Positions 28,250 to 40,264 of a stretch of DNA of 64,000 nucleotides are shown here, one piece after another. The stretch lies in the NCBI GenBank assembly GCA_015680685.1, contig MNCI01000738.1, forward strand, positions 470,922 to 534,921, given 5' to 3'. The stretch is from Gnetum montanum. Lineage: Eukaryota > Plantae > Gnetophyta. Under the pieces are notes generated by a model, which was not told the DNA's origin, did not search any database, and worked only from the letters and a program-made list of their open reading frames with translations. Position numbers and translations under genes: made by a program. Position 1 is the first letter of the stretch; the number at the start of each line of letters is the position of its first letter.

Positions 28250-29092
28250 GAGTCATGTTTTGTAGGGTCATGATATCAAGGCACAACCTCTAATGTTAGG
28301 CATCCAATATCGCCCCTTCCACACTAGCCTATAAATACCACACTTGGGTGCACAATTGGAATATAGATTTTGAATAGATTTTAGATAGCTTTTTCATAAA
28401 TTTCAGAGTAGTTAAAATTTTATTTCTAGTGCATGCTTGCAGTGTGATGTTAAGTGATTGTATAGCATCCTTATTCAAGTGTGACATACTTGGACACGTT
28501 ACATGGCTAGCAATAAAGATCAAGATTACTTTCATCATTGCAACATCCACTTAAATTTATTATCACTTTCAAATGTTTAATTGTGTACTATTTTCCTTAG
28601 TTATTATTTCCATTTATTTCTCTTTATTATTCTTATCATTAAGCAGAATGAGTATGACTAATTGCAAGCACTTAAGTATAATTACTTAGTAGCCTAGTAG
28701 CGTATCATTTGGTACACCCAGTGACATATGCTTGGTAATCCCAACGGTAGTTACGTGAAGTCCAAGGCATGTATGGACAATTAGAAATGGATACTCATCA
28801 CATATAGGCTAGTTTAGACTTTATTTTCCATTGTTAATTAACTTAATTAATTAATCTCTTTATTATCATTAGGAGTACCTTAAGGCCAAACAACATCCAT
28901 CATCATATGCCTCACTCTAAACTAAACCATACATGACAAAGCTACCACTAGTCCAAGTGGGAAGACAGCGAACTACAATCAAGGCATAACTATTTAGATG
29001 CATAACTAGTTCCATCTACAGAATTCAAGTAGATTGTGTGTGAACTCTTATGATTCATATGGTTGGGTGTAGGGGTACCTCACCACTCAGCA
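28250..29092 (+). repeat. 3' LTR of the Athila-like element (left boundary approximate)
   Basis: Aligns with the 5' LTR; ends cactcagca. Confidence 0.85.
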
Positions 29093-29419
29093 TCCCCCTT
29101 TTTCTTTACTGTACTTGTAGTTATGGTGCACTAAATTGGAAGGTAAGGTTTCACCTAGGTTTTATATGGGTTTTATATGTCAAATTTTCCAATTTTTGAT
29201 CATAACTATCATTCTACAACAACAGTGCATTGGAGGAGAGCTTTGGCAAAGATTCTTGTGGTAGCCACAATCAATGTTCNCAACAGTGCATTGAAGGAGA
29301 GCTTTGGCAAAGATTCTTGTGGTAGCCACAATCAATGTTCGGCATGGAAGCCTCCCATCTTCCTTGCAACTAGCATAGAACCTCTATCTTCTCCTAATTC
29401 TCATCTTCCTCAATGTTGA

Positions 29420-31663
29420 GCCTACCATGGCACCCAAGTAGCAAGGGGGAAAGAGCAAGAATCCTATGATCCAAAGAATGAATGAGCATTCCAGGGAGTT
29501 GTTAAAGGTTTCCAAGACTATCTGTATCCTAGCCCCATTTATTATTGCTCTAAGGTAGGCAATTCTACCTATTTTTTTCTTTGTTTCTTGTGACTTTTCT
29601 AGTTTTTTTACTTTATAGATGTTAAGGCCATTTTTTTAGATCTACTTCAGTAGAGGGATTAAAATAAAATTTTGATAAAATCCCATCTCCTATTTTGGTT
29701 TCTCCCATGCAAATCTATAGTTGTTTCATCACTTTAGCTTTTTCAAATTTGATTTCAAAAATATGCCTTACACTTTTATGCTTTTTTCTCAAAATCTTGA
29801 GATACAACCATTTTTTTTAGATCTAGGCCTTAGGATTTTTTAAAATTAAATTTTAATAAAATCCTACCCCATTATTTTGATGTGATTTTAAATGGGTTTC
29901 AATGGTTTTAGCTATTTCAGTATTTTAATGTCTATATGAAATTTAGGTTTTGAGATTTTTGAAGTTTTGATATAAAAAAGCAAGTCATGCTGTATATTTT
30001 TTTTAGTAGAATAGCTACATATTTGTAAAATTAAAGGTTATGGGTTTGTAGCCCTTTATTTAAGCTTTCCACTAGTTATTGTCTCATTTAATTTGACTTT
30101 CAAATGAGAAATCTATTATTGCTATCCTAACGTTGTGTAGTTAGGTTCTTTATGTCACTTTTGTAATTTTATGTAGATTTGTGAAACTTTTATAAGAAAA
30201 TGGCAAAGGTTTTTGCTATTTTCTAGTTATGCTACATAGTCTTTGGCTTCAGCTTTCCAATGGAGGTGGAATCACTCCAATTGGGCTTAAAATAAATGTT
30301 TTATGAATTTTTTTTATTAGACATGTGTAGTAAGGCCATTTGTGTCATTTTTGGATTATTGTCCAAATTGACAAATTCTTCCTGCATAAAAAGCAAATGT
30401 TTTGAATTTTTTCTTAAGTATAGATGCATAGGGCTCGATTTAAGCTTTCAAATGATGGTGGAATCACTCTGTTTAGAGCTCAAACAAACTTTTTATGAAT
30501 TTTTTGCTATGGCTATGTAAATCAAGGTAAAGCTCATAGTTGTAGTACATTACCCAAAATAGAAGTGGTTGATATGTATAACTTATGTTTTTCTTTTATG
30601 AACATGTAAAATCAATGCTTAATTTTGCTTTCTCTAGAAGGGTATAAGCTTTTTCTATTTTAAATAAGCTCTTACTATGGCTACATGGCTTTTTCTAAGT
30701 TTATCATTCTCTTTCTAAATTTGTGTAGAGTTTAGATGTTTTTTCCAAATTTATGCATGCTTTGCATAATTTAGAGGTTTTTTTTAACTTATGCTTACTT
30801 TTTTCCAAATTTATGCATAATTTAGATGATTTTTTCTAAATTTATGCATAATTTAGATTGAAACATAATTTTGGGCTATGAAAGTTGGGCTATAAAGGCT
30901 ATAAAATATGGTGATAATGCTTTTATGAAATTTCTGAAGATAATTAAAATGAACATCTAAAAGCTTTTTACAGAGGATAATTTCACCTCTGACTTAAGAA
31001 GTGTTTCCTAAATTTGTTAAGAAATTCCAATTGGTCATGGTGCAAGGATATGCAAGGTTGTAATAATTTTTTCTTGTGAAATTATTTAGACTAATTTAGA
31101 TAAACACCTTAGAAGTTTTTACATAGGCTAATTTCACCTCCAACTATGATGTTTTCCTAACCTATTAAGAAATTCTAATTGGTTACAATATTTTTGTTTT
31201 GTTTCATGCAAGGTCTTCTTGAGGCCTATCCTCATCATAGTGGAGTTAGTTGGTATTTTGTGCTACATTGGTCATCCCAAGACCAATACTCCACCACATG
31301 GCATGCCTCTTGGGAAGCTTTCATTGTGGTTCCAACCTGGAGCAAGGGACTTTGTTGCCTACCTCCTTAGGAACTTCAGTCTGATGTTGTTGTCACACTT
31401 GTCCATGGATGTAGTTGGGATTGTTATGAGGAATCGTCTTCCACATCTACCCTTGGAAGTCATGGAGCCAAAATCTCCCCAGGTTTTATATATTTTATAT
31501 TTTGGTCTTTGTTTTAGGTCATGATTTTGGCTATATGAGTTACTAACAAGCTATATGTTGTTGCATTTCAAGCCTCAAGAGATATTGGCAACCCCAACGG
31601 TGAGGGTGGGAATGACCCACCACTTTCTCCTCTAGATACCACTTAGCATCCTCCTTCAATTTA
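29420..31663 (+). pseudogene. Internally deleted copy of the antisense multi-exon gene in element B
   Basis: Possible start MAPK at ~29427, donor aag|gtaggc at 29554, exon 31213-31482 (IIVELVGILCYIGHPK). The last exon, 31573-31663, is homologous to 42530-42624. Confidence 0.62.
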
Positions 31664-32331
31664 ACTTGTTGGCTATTTGTTTTTGTTTTCATGTTGACAG
31701 CCATGATTAGCCAAGACTATGTTATAGATGGTTATGACATCATTGCTACACATTGTGGTTATGGCTATATGTTATAGACATTTTAATTTTAAATTTGAAT
31801 ATTTGGTTTTATTTTTTACTATATGCATTTATAGTAGTAGTGAACACTATAAATGTTGCAAACCTTGAAAGGCTATGTTGATGTTTTTGGTTATAAAATC
31901 AAATGGCTAATTGATGTGATAATAGGCCAAGCAAAGAGAGATATAGTAATAAAAGGGATGTTTCCTAGTTTTAGGCCATTGCAAGCCTAGGTTATATAGT
32001 TTTGCTAGTTGAAGGCCATGGCAGGTCATATTGCCAATTTAGAGTCTTAGCAAATTGTAGTGCCAATTTAACATCTTAGCTTACGATAATGCTAGTTTAA
32101 GGTCATAGTGAACCATGCATGAAAGAGAGACTCTTTTAATGTTTAAAACATATGTAAAAATAAAGAAAGGTTGTAGCAAATAAGTAACAATGCAAATAAA
32201 TTTAGGGTATATGCATAGGCTACGTGCATAAAATAACAAAGATATAATAAATTGCAAAAAAAAAAAAAAGTTAAGCCTATTTAACTATCATTGCATCTAG
32301 TCATAGAGGCATGGAAAGGTTAAGATAAACT

Positions 32332-35300
32332 TCACTTGTGTAGATTCTTCCTAATCTTTACAAGATTAAGGAGTGAGTAAGGCCTACTTTGCACAAGCTT
32401 GTACTCGCCATTCCCTTCACTTACAATGCTAAACAGGAGTTCATCCCATAATGTATCTCATTACCTATTATTGTCATCATAGGTTATCTCGGGTTTTTTC
32501 TCTTCATGGCTAAGGGCTTCGCCTTAAAGATCCACTTTAGACCCTCATTCTATGTCTATGTTGTTGATAGCTAGGGGAGCCATGTTGTCACCATGAATGA
32601 TGATTTCACCTCCCTCATAAGGAAGGTAAATTTCTTGATGGATGGATGAGGACATAGCTCGTAACTAAGCCAACCAAGGTCTTTTGAGATTCAGGTTGAA
32701 TCCTAGTGTCTCTTCAACCACCTAGAAGCTTGTGATTCTAGGGAATTATTCTCTAGCTACAAAATCCAAGGAGATAAACCCCTTAATGGTAATTCTTGAT
32801 CCATTGAAGGACTTAAGAGCTATGGTAGTTGTAGGCTGTACTTGCTTAGTTAAGCCTAAGCATTCAATGATGCTGCATGGGATGATGTTGGTTGCTGCTC
32901 CATCATCAACATGCACTCAATGTATTTTAAATTTTCCTATTGGTATGGTTATAACAAAGGGGTTGTTGTCACTTTGGATTTTTGAGGATTAACCTTAATT
33001 TCACTATCGCAAAATGTCAAGGGTGTTGATTTCTCCTCCTCTAGTGATGAACAAATCATTGCTACATGGATGGCTTCCTCATTAGCAAAAATATCCTCAC
33101 TAACATGTATGGAGGTCAACATTTTGACTAGCACCTCATGTTGTGTGACAAAAGTCAGATTAGGTCATACAAGCTTAAAGTTATGTTTTTCTACATGCAA
33201 GACTACCTGACTTGGTCCATTTCACTAAGGAAGTTCTTGTCATTGGTCATGGGCTTGTCACCTCGATTGTGCTTTACTTCCTCCATGCATCCCAAAATAT
33301 GGACTTCAACTTTAGGTTATGGTTGTTGTGACTCTTCCTTGTTGTTTTGATTATGGGCTTTAGTATCCTCTTTTGGCTTGTTGGTTGAAGGAGATGGGGG
33401 TAGAGGACCTCATAGGTATAGCTAAAATGGGAGTGGGCTTCAGTGGACCCACTTCCTTTCATGCCTCCATCTACTTATCTCACTTGTTGTTAGTCTTTTG
33501 CTTATGCTTCTTCCTTTGATTAGCTAAAATTTTGTGGTTCTCAACTATTGGCTATAAGGAAGAGGTGGTAGCATTGGCCACCAGAGGGGATCATTGTGTA
33601 GTTGTTTGAACTATGGCTATTTGGGTTGTATTGGGTTGAGAGACCTTGATGACAAAAGGTTCCCTTGAAGGCATTTATAATGGTACTCTCACAACAAAAG
33701 GGTATCTTTAGCTATGGGAAGTCAAATAATCCTTTTCGTTATATAGGGATGCTTGAATCATGAATGGTTCTCTTACAGGTCTTCAATTATCATTAATGGT
33801 AAATGTTGAAATAACATAAGGACTATCGTTAGCATTCAAAGTATCTTTGTAGGCCTACATGGACTAGTTTTGTGGTCAAACTGGGTTAAAAGCATCTAAG
33901 ACCAATTTTTCCCTATTTATCATCCTTTGTAGGTCATCCTTCAGTGCAAGGTAGAAGTCCATGTCATGATCACATAGTTGATGATAATGACAGAAGTTGT
34001 CTAACTTGAAGTATTTAGGCAACTAGGGATCATCCTTCATTATCCAAGTGGAATCTTTAGCTATTTTGCATAGTTTCTTGTGTTTCTTTCAAGTGTCTTC
34101 GATCATTTGTTTATTTTGCATGCATCCACTTATTAAGAGCTAATCTAGCAACTCATATGATTTTAATGACAATGTAGTATATTTAGACCTATCCTTCCTT
34201 TTGAAGTTAGGTCTATTTGTTGTTGATGTAGTGATCCTAGAAGTTGATGGTTGTTTATTGTGGGCATTAGTGGAGGCCTTGCGCAGGTTGACCTTTGGCC
34301 CTTCATTTTTTGTCTTAGTTTCCTTGGTTAGAGTTGCCTACAGTAGTGTTGTTTTGTTTTCTCTTTTCTTTATCTCTTTGAGTGTGTTGGTTTTTATATG
34401 ATATATAGGCTAGATCATGGTTGGCCTCCGTGACATCCTCTATATTTTTAGTTTATGAAAATTCTTGGCTAAGAGATTGTGGATCAAGGAAATAGAGCTT
34501 AGACTTGATGAAGTCATTAACTGCTCCCTTGAATATAGTTAACAAGTGGGCTTCAACTATGGGCTCTAGTATTTTATTCAGTAGTTCATTCCACCACTAA
34601 ATGAATTTTTGTACAAGTTCTAAGGGCCCTCACTTAACATTCATAAGTTGGTCAAGAATTATGTTAGGCTTCAAGTTATACTTGAAGTAGTTGACAAACT
34701 GGGCTACTAAGTCTTCCAAAGAGGATATAGATCTTCTAGGCAATGCATAATACCAATCAAGTACTTTCCTAGTCAAAGACATAGGGAAGATCCTCATGAT
34801 GGTATGAGGCTATGGCTACAAGAGCAAACATTCAAATTAAAAGGTAATAAGGTGAGCATTGGGATCACCTTCTTCATTATATTTGCTAAATTGTGGAATG
34901 GGGACACTAGGAGGAAGTGTCAAGGGTGGGACTACAGAACTTATGGGATCATCCTAGTAGAAGTCCATAATCTTAATGGTTTGTATGGTAGAGACTTTAA
35001 GCCTCTTCAAATCCTCTATTAGCTCTTAGATAATTTGGAAGGCTTGATCCAAGCCTTGTTATGGCCCCATAGTTTGCAAGGTTTGTACATAAGGTTGTGG
35101 CATTTCTTTTGAGGCTTGTGGCCTTATTATGGATTTCATAACAAAAAGAGAAGGTTGCACTATGTTTTTGGCTTCTGGGTCAAACAAAGGAAAAGATGTT
35201 TGTTGTTGGTACTTAAGGCACAAATAGGACAAATGTGGTGTGTGACCCTTGTGTTGCTAGGGGTCTCATGGTGAAGCCCATGTGAGTAGTTAATGGATTT

Positions 35301-35400
35301 GTAGTGGTAAAAGCCACCATTGATGGTTTTGTATATCAAGGCTATGCTGCAAATGACATTGACATGCTATAGTTTGTTATTTGTGGCATTGATTAAGTGT
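32332..35400 (-). pseudogene. gag: Element B gag-protease
   Basis: Gag core near 34680-34900, CxYH..GH knuckle remnant near 33950-34000, protease VHVDDGAATNIIP near 32880-32918. Ends RKNLHK-TGA at 32332-32334. Confidence 0.85.
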
Positions 35401-35500
35401 CATGCGTGGCTATAATTGGCATGGGATCTACTATAGTAGGGTACATAGGAGTGGAAGATGGTGGCACCATGCCCATGAAGAAAACAAAAGCATTAGAGGG

Positions 35501-37320
35501 TGTACTGACCTAAATCGTTGGTATAAGGCTGGAAGGAAAAAAGACATCGAGAGATCGTCGGGCGTGCACAGTTGACCCTGCCTTCGGTTGAGGGCAAGCT
35601 GGAAAAGGGAATGAAGGCAGAGTGCCTTGGATAGTTTGCACACAAATCAACCAAGGACTTCCCCAAGCGTAAGCTATGACTAGCGCTGGGGTTATCGTAA
35701 ACAGTGTAAACAGGATGTAAACGGAATGCAAACAATGACACAAAATGTAAACAAAGCGTAATGAATTATAAATAAAGTGTAAACAAAGCTATATTTGTAA
35801 AAAAAAAAAAAAGTGTAAACAGAACTAAACAATGTAAATGGAAAGCAATAATGAAACTATATTGTATTGTTTAAATAAGAATGTGCACCAGTTAAAGTGT
35901 AGCTGCGCGTATGGATGGCAGGTCAAGCACTAAGCCCCAGGATGATGTCTAAAATGTTCAGATGCTAGGAGTCAAGTGTGTCTGAGCATTCTAGGCTGCT
36001 GGTCGATACTTCCCAAGCCGCAAACCTTCAAAATTGCTCCCCGTGGTTTATGTGAATTGATAGGGTATTTATAAGGCTGGGCCGAACTCAGGCATGAAAT
36101 CCATGGATGGAATCAACGGTCGAGAGATGAGAGGAAATAGGATCATGTGACATGTGTTTAATGGACAATTGTGCTCGGGTTGGATGTGTGCTAGCAAGAG
36201 TTGGATGTGTGTCGGACAGTTGTGCATGAGTTGGATGTGTGTCGGCAAGCTATGTTCTTAACCAGGTACATCGCATTTTATAATTTATGGGTGATTTAAG
36301 CCCATGAAAGTATATTTAATTTAGACTATGAGGGCCTGACTATCCCACAAATGAAGATTTACAATGAAATGTACAAGGGAAATTCAACCCGTCTTCCTTG
36401 AAACTTCTTTGTCCTTGAGTTCTCTAGAATTTTCAGGAAGTTGTTGATGGTGAGAATTTTCTGGAATTTTCTACCATTTCCTAGAATTTTTTGGGAGTTG
36501 TTGATGCTAAGAATTTTCTGATGCTGAGAATTTTCTGGAATTTTCTAGAATTTTCTGGTGCTGAGAATTTTCTGAAATTTTCTGATGCTGAGAATTTTCT
36601 GGAATTTTTTGGTGCTAAGAATTTTCTGAAATTTTCTGATGCTAAGAATTTTCTAGAATTTTCTGAAATTTTCTGAAAGTTGGTCATGCTAGACTCATGC
36701 TACCAGCGTGACCTGGTGTCAATGACAAAAATGAACATTTTTGGAGCTGAAATCTGAAGTTCTGGAGGCTGAAACTTTGAGAAATCATTAATGGACCTTG
36801 AGAGTGACTTGTCCCTTCAAAATCAAACCATTTTGATGCTATTTTGAGGCTGTTTTGAGGCTCTAAAAGTTGGTCACGCTATGGTCACACCTCTTTACTG
36901 CCCTAGTTGCCTAAATACTATGTAGTCTGGCTTAAAATTTGGACTCCTGAATGCTAAGACTTGGAGTGGACATCAACGGCTCTTGAGGATGGCTTGCACC
37001 CTCAGATTTGGACCACTTTTTATTTGATTTTGAAACTATTGGAGCTACTCATGCTGAGGGCAAGCTAGCTTAACAATGTGATCAAGCTGGCTTGAGCAAC
37101 CTGGACTTGAGTTGTCAAATTTTGTCTCCCGAATGCTTGAAAGGGCTTGAGTTGTTCTTGTTTCAAAGTGTTAGGCCAAAATTAGTGGTGTTTCAAGGGG
37201 GAAGTTCTGTGATGTTGGGGGATGTTTGTTGGAACAATCCTCCAAGGATGTTTTCAAGCTCAAATTCTACCCTAAATTCATCCTCTTCTTCCTATTGTTC
37301 CCCGAAGGTAAACTAGTCAT
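35501..37320 (-). mobile_element. Young CpG-rich LTR-like insertion between element B gag and its 5' UTR; far end lost at the N at 37324
   Basis: Abrupt CpG gain from tgtactgacc at 35501 (CA terminus on the minus strand). Minus-strand TATAAATA near 36066-36073 and internal tandem repeats. No counterpart in element A. Confidence 0.6.
36426..36680. repeat. ~27-bp tandem repeat (gagaattttctggaattttctgatgct) built from 9-10-bp subunits
   Basis: Direct reading. It generates the repetitive ORFs 36481-36687 and 36491-36676. Confidence 0.92.
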
Positions 37321-38686
37321 CTTNCCTATTTTACCATTTATAGCCTATTTTAAAGCAATTCTCAGCACTATAACCATAGCTTTTTGAAAATCCACTAAAT
37401 TGCCCTTCACCTTCACTGANTCAATGACAACAAGGTCTTTGGGATCATACATCCTCATGACTTGTTAGTTATGATCTTCTTCAGTGAAGGTGAAGGGCAA
37501 TTTAGTGGATTTTCAAAAAGCTATGGTTATAGTGCTGAGAATTGCTTTAAAATAGGCTATAAATGGTAAAATAGGAGTAAATATTAATGAATGAAATTCA
37601 AAAATTCTTAGAGGAAATAACAATAGCAAAAAATGATGTACTTACTATAATTAGTAAGTGGGGGATAATGGGGGTTTACCCCTTTACTAGAAATGAAATT
37701 GGGCAATGTTGGCTTCAAACCTTACCCAAGTTGGACTCCCAAGCACTTCAACACTAGCTATGGTAGGGGGGAAAGAAGGGAGGTGAGATAATGAAAATCT
37801 TGCACCTTCTTATTCCAATGTTGGAGAGAGGAAGAAAAGTTTGAAGACCAAAATGAAAACTTGGCAATTTCCAAAGATGGTTTTGACAAGCTGCTAACTT
37901 TTATCAAAAAGGAGGGAAAAGTAGGCTTAGTTGGTATGAAAACCAATGTTAGTTTAGTGGCAAAGATAATGGCAACAAAAATTAAATGTTTATTAAGTCT
38001 TCCATGCTAGCTTTGCTTAGGAATTCACAATAGATGTTGTAAAATTCTAGTACTCAAACCACCTATATCTTCCATGTTGGGGTTTTTGCTACAGGGGGGT
38101 AAAGGTAGCATTGGATTCCTTGAGAGTTTTGGCTAGAAAATGGCTTTCAAATTGCAACAAAAGTATATCTAGTTATAAAATTGATTTGAAATTTCACCAA
38201 TGTTGGCCTCCTAACTACTTCCATGCTAGGTATGGCAAAGGGAGAAAAGAAGGGTGAGATGATGAAAATTTCACACCTCCCACATCAACATTGATGGGGG
38301 AAAAGGCTGAAAAATAAAGTGGAAAGTTAGTATTTTTCCACTAAAATTGGTTTTAGCAACTACTAATTTTCTCAACTTGGAAAAGTGGGGGGGAAAGCCA
38401 ACTCACGGATGAGTTGAACCATCCACTTTAGAAACTAGAGAAAATTGTTTTGGCAGTAAAAAAAATTGGGGAAAGAGGTATCAATACTGGCTTTGGGCTG
38501 TAAAATTCACATCAAGTGCTATGAAAAGCCAAAGCCCGACCACCTACAACTTTCATGTTGTAGTTTTGATCACAGGGGAGGAAAGATCATCATTGATTTC
38601 TCAAAGGTTTTGGTTGCAAAAAATCATGGAAAAGCTTGCAAATGGCAATGAAAATAATAGATTTAGGTATAGAATTTATGTGAAGG

Positions 38687-38703
38687 CCCTCCTTATAATG
38701 CCA
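38687..38703 (-). other. PBS of element B, tRNA-Asn type (decayed)
   Basis: Minus strand reads tggcattataaggaggg, versus TGGCGCTAGAAGGAGGG, the complement of the plant tRNA-Asn(GUU) 3' end. It lies next to the LTR end. Confidence 0.75.
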
Positions 38704-38710
38704 GGAAATC

Positions 38711-40259
38711 TATTGCAATCAAAAACCTTGATTGCTGGAATGAAAATTGAGGATCCTTGCTGCAAGCAGTTCCCCAACCTTGAATCCCTAAGGCCTCCAT
38801 GATAAAAATGGGATTCGAGATGCCCTAACGAATCCCACAAATCAACCAGGGACTTATGAGATACAAAGCATGGGAATAGAAATAGATCCGAATAATGTAC
38901 AAAAAATAAAATTTGCTTTTGAACACAAAACTTAAAACTTAATACTTTATTAAGAAAGAATAAATAATAAGTTAAAGAAATGTGTACAAATGGTGCCTAG
39001 ATGAGTAAAAAGGAGATTCACTTGAGCAAGAGTTCAAAGCCCATTGAAGTTGATGTGACGTGCTCCATGATCCAGGTGCTAAGCCACTCTTAATGTTATC
39101 AAATATTCCTTCAATGCTACAACTTGGGTCTGCTAATTAGGTTTCTACTGGGGGTGAGAATGCTAGAAAATTTGGATGCCAAATTACTCTACACTAGGGT
39201 TTGGAAATCCTACAAATGTAGTGTCGACACCAAAAATCCACCAAATCTCAAGGCCACAATGCTTCCATGCTAGGATTCAAGAAAATCCAAGTATGGGAAC
39301 TTGCAAGAGCTCTTAAGTTCTTGAAAATGCCCCAAGTGTGGAATTGTGTGTATGCAAATTGCTTGATAATGCTCAAAAATTGCTCAAAATTCTGAACCTT
39401 GTGAGCGTTGAATCTTGTCAAAAATGCTAACCCATCCAAAAATTCTTGGAACTTGCCAATGGTGTTTGAGGTTGGGTTTTTTAGGGTATTTAGGCCATGA
39501 ATGGGGCTATAAATTAGCTATGATTTGGCTAAAAATTGGCTTTAACTGCAAATTTTTTGCAATTTTAGATGAGATGGATGCTAAAATTTTGGGGGTTACT
39601 ATACATAGTAAGTGCTTCCTCCCATGGTCATTCTATTTACTATAAATAGTAATCAAGGCACACCTTCTATGTTGAGCTCTCCACCATGCTTGTTGAAGTG
39701 GCTGGTCAATGTTGAAGTGCATGAATTGATGAATTTTGCTTCTTGTGGCTTCCATGCTAGGAAATTGAAATAGACTAAGTGGAAACTTCCATGCTAGGAA
39801 GAAACTTTTCAAGCTAAGAGGAAAAATTTTCCAAGCTAGGGGAAAGTTTCCAAGTTATGCATTTGGTCTCCATGTTGAAGGGGAGAAACATTTCCAAACC
39901 CCCTATCCTTCCATGTTGGGGGTAGGTGAGATCTACCCCTTGCAAGTGTTTCCAGTGTAGAAAAGTGCATACCCCACATAAAACCCATCAAATTGCCTTT
40001 TCTGGCATTCCAAAAAGCATTTGTGAACAACACCCCCCCGCCAAGCCCAAATATAGACACTAGGTAACTTTTATTACTTGGGGAATGAGGCTTTGACCAC
40101 TTATAAGGCATTTTTTAGCCTCAAAAGTATACAGTATATGAAATTTCCCTTTGTGGGCTACAATTTTTACATTTACAATGAAATTTCACCTCTGATTTCA
40201 TGGGGTGAAAGCTACATGATGAAGATTGGTTATAACATGCAAAATTTTGTGCTATTTTA
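38711..40259 (-). repeat. 5' LTR of element B (about 70 bp missing at its outer end)
   Basis: Aligns with 12255-13810; adjacent to the PBS. Confidence 0.87.
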
Positions 40260-40264
40260 AGAAG

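Larger units (their letters stand above)
22250..29092 (+). mobile_element. Non-autonomous Athila-like LTR retrotransposon (gag plus env-like ORF, no pol)
   Basis: Two ~850-bp LTRs and an Asp-type PBS. A gag motif and an ORF2 motif are present, with no RT, RH or INT motifs between the LTRs. Confidence 0.85.
12255..40260 (-). mobile_element. Tat-clade LTR retrotransposon B nested in element A
   Basis: LTRs at 12255-13882, 14005-15705 and 38711-40259; PBS at 38687-38703; gag-PR and pol homologous to A. Putative TSD ggaag (12250-12254) / agaag (40260-40264). Confidence 0.82.

Noticed and set aside
29219-29340. Near-perfect 60-bp direct repeat
   Set aside because: It straddles the N at 29280, typical of an unmerged contig overlap.
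36481-36687. Repetitive ORFs on both strands (ENFRKF / NFLEF)
   Set aside because: By-products of a stop-free 27-bp tandem repeat.
37325-37575. Perfect 95-bp inverted duplication (37325-37419 versus 37481-37575)
   Set aside because: Identical copy bounded by single Ns at 37324 and 37420 within old, decayed DNA; most likely an assembly artefact.
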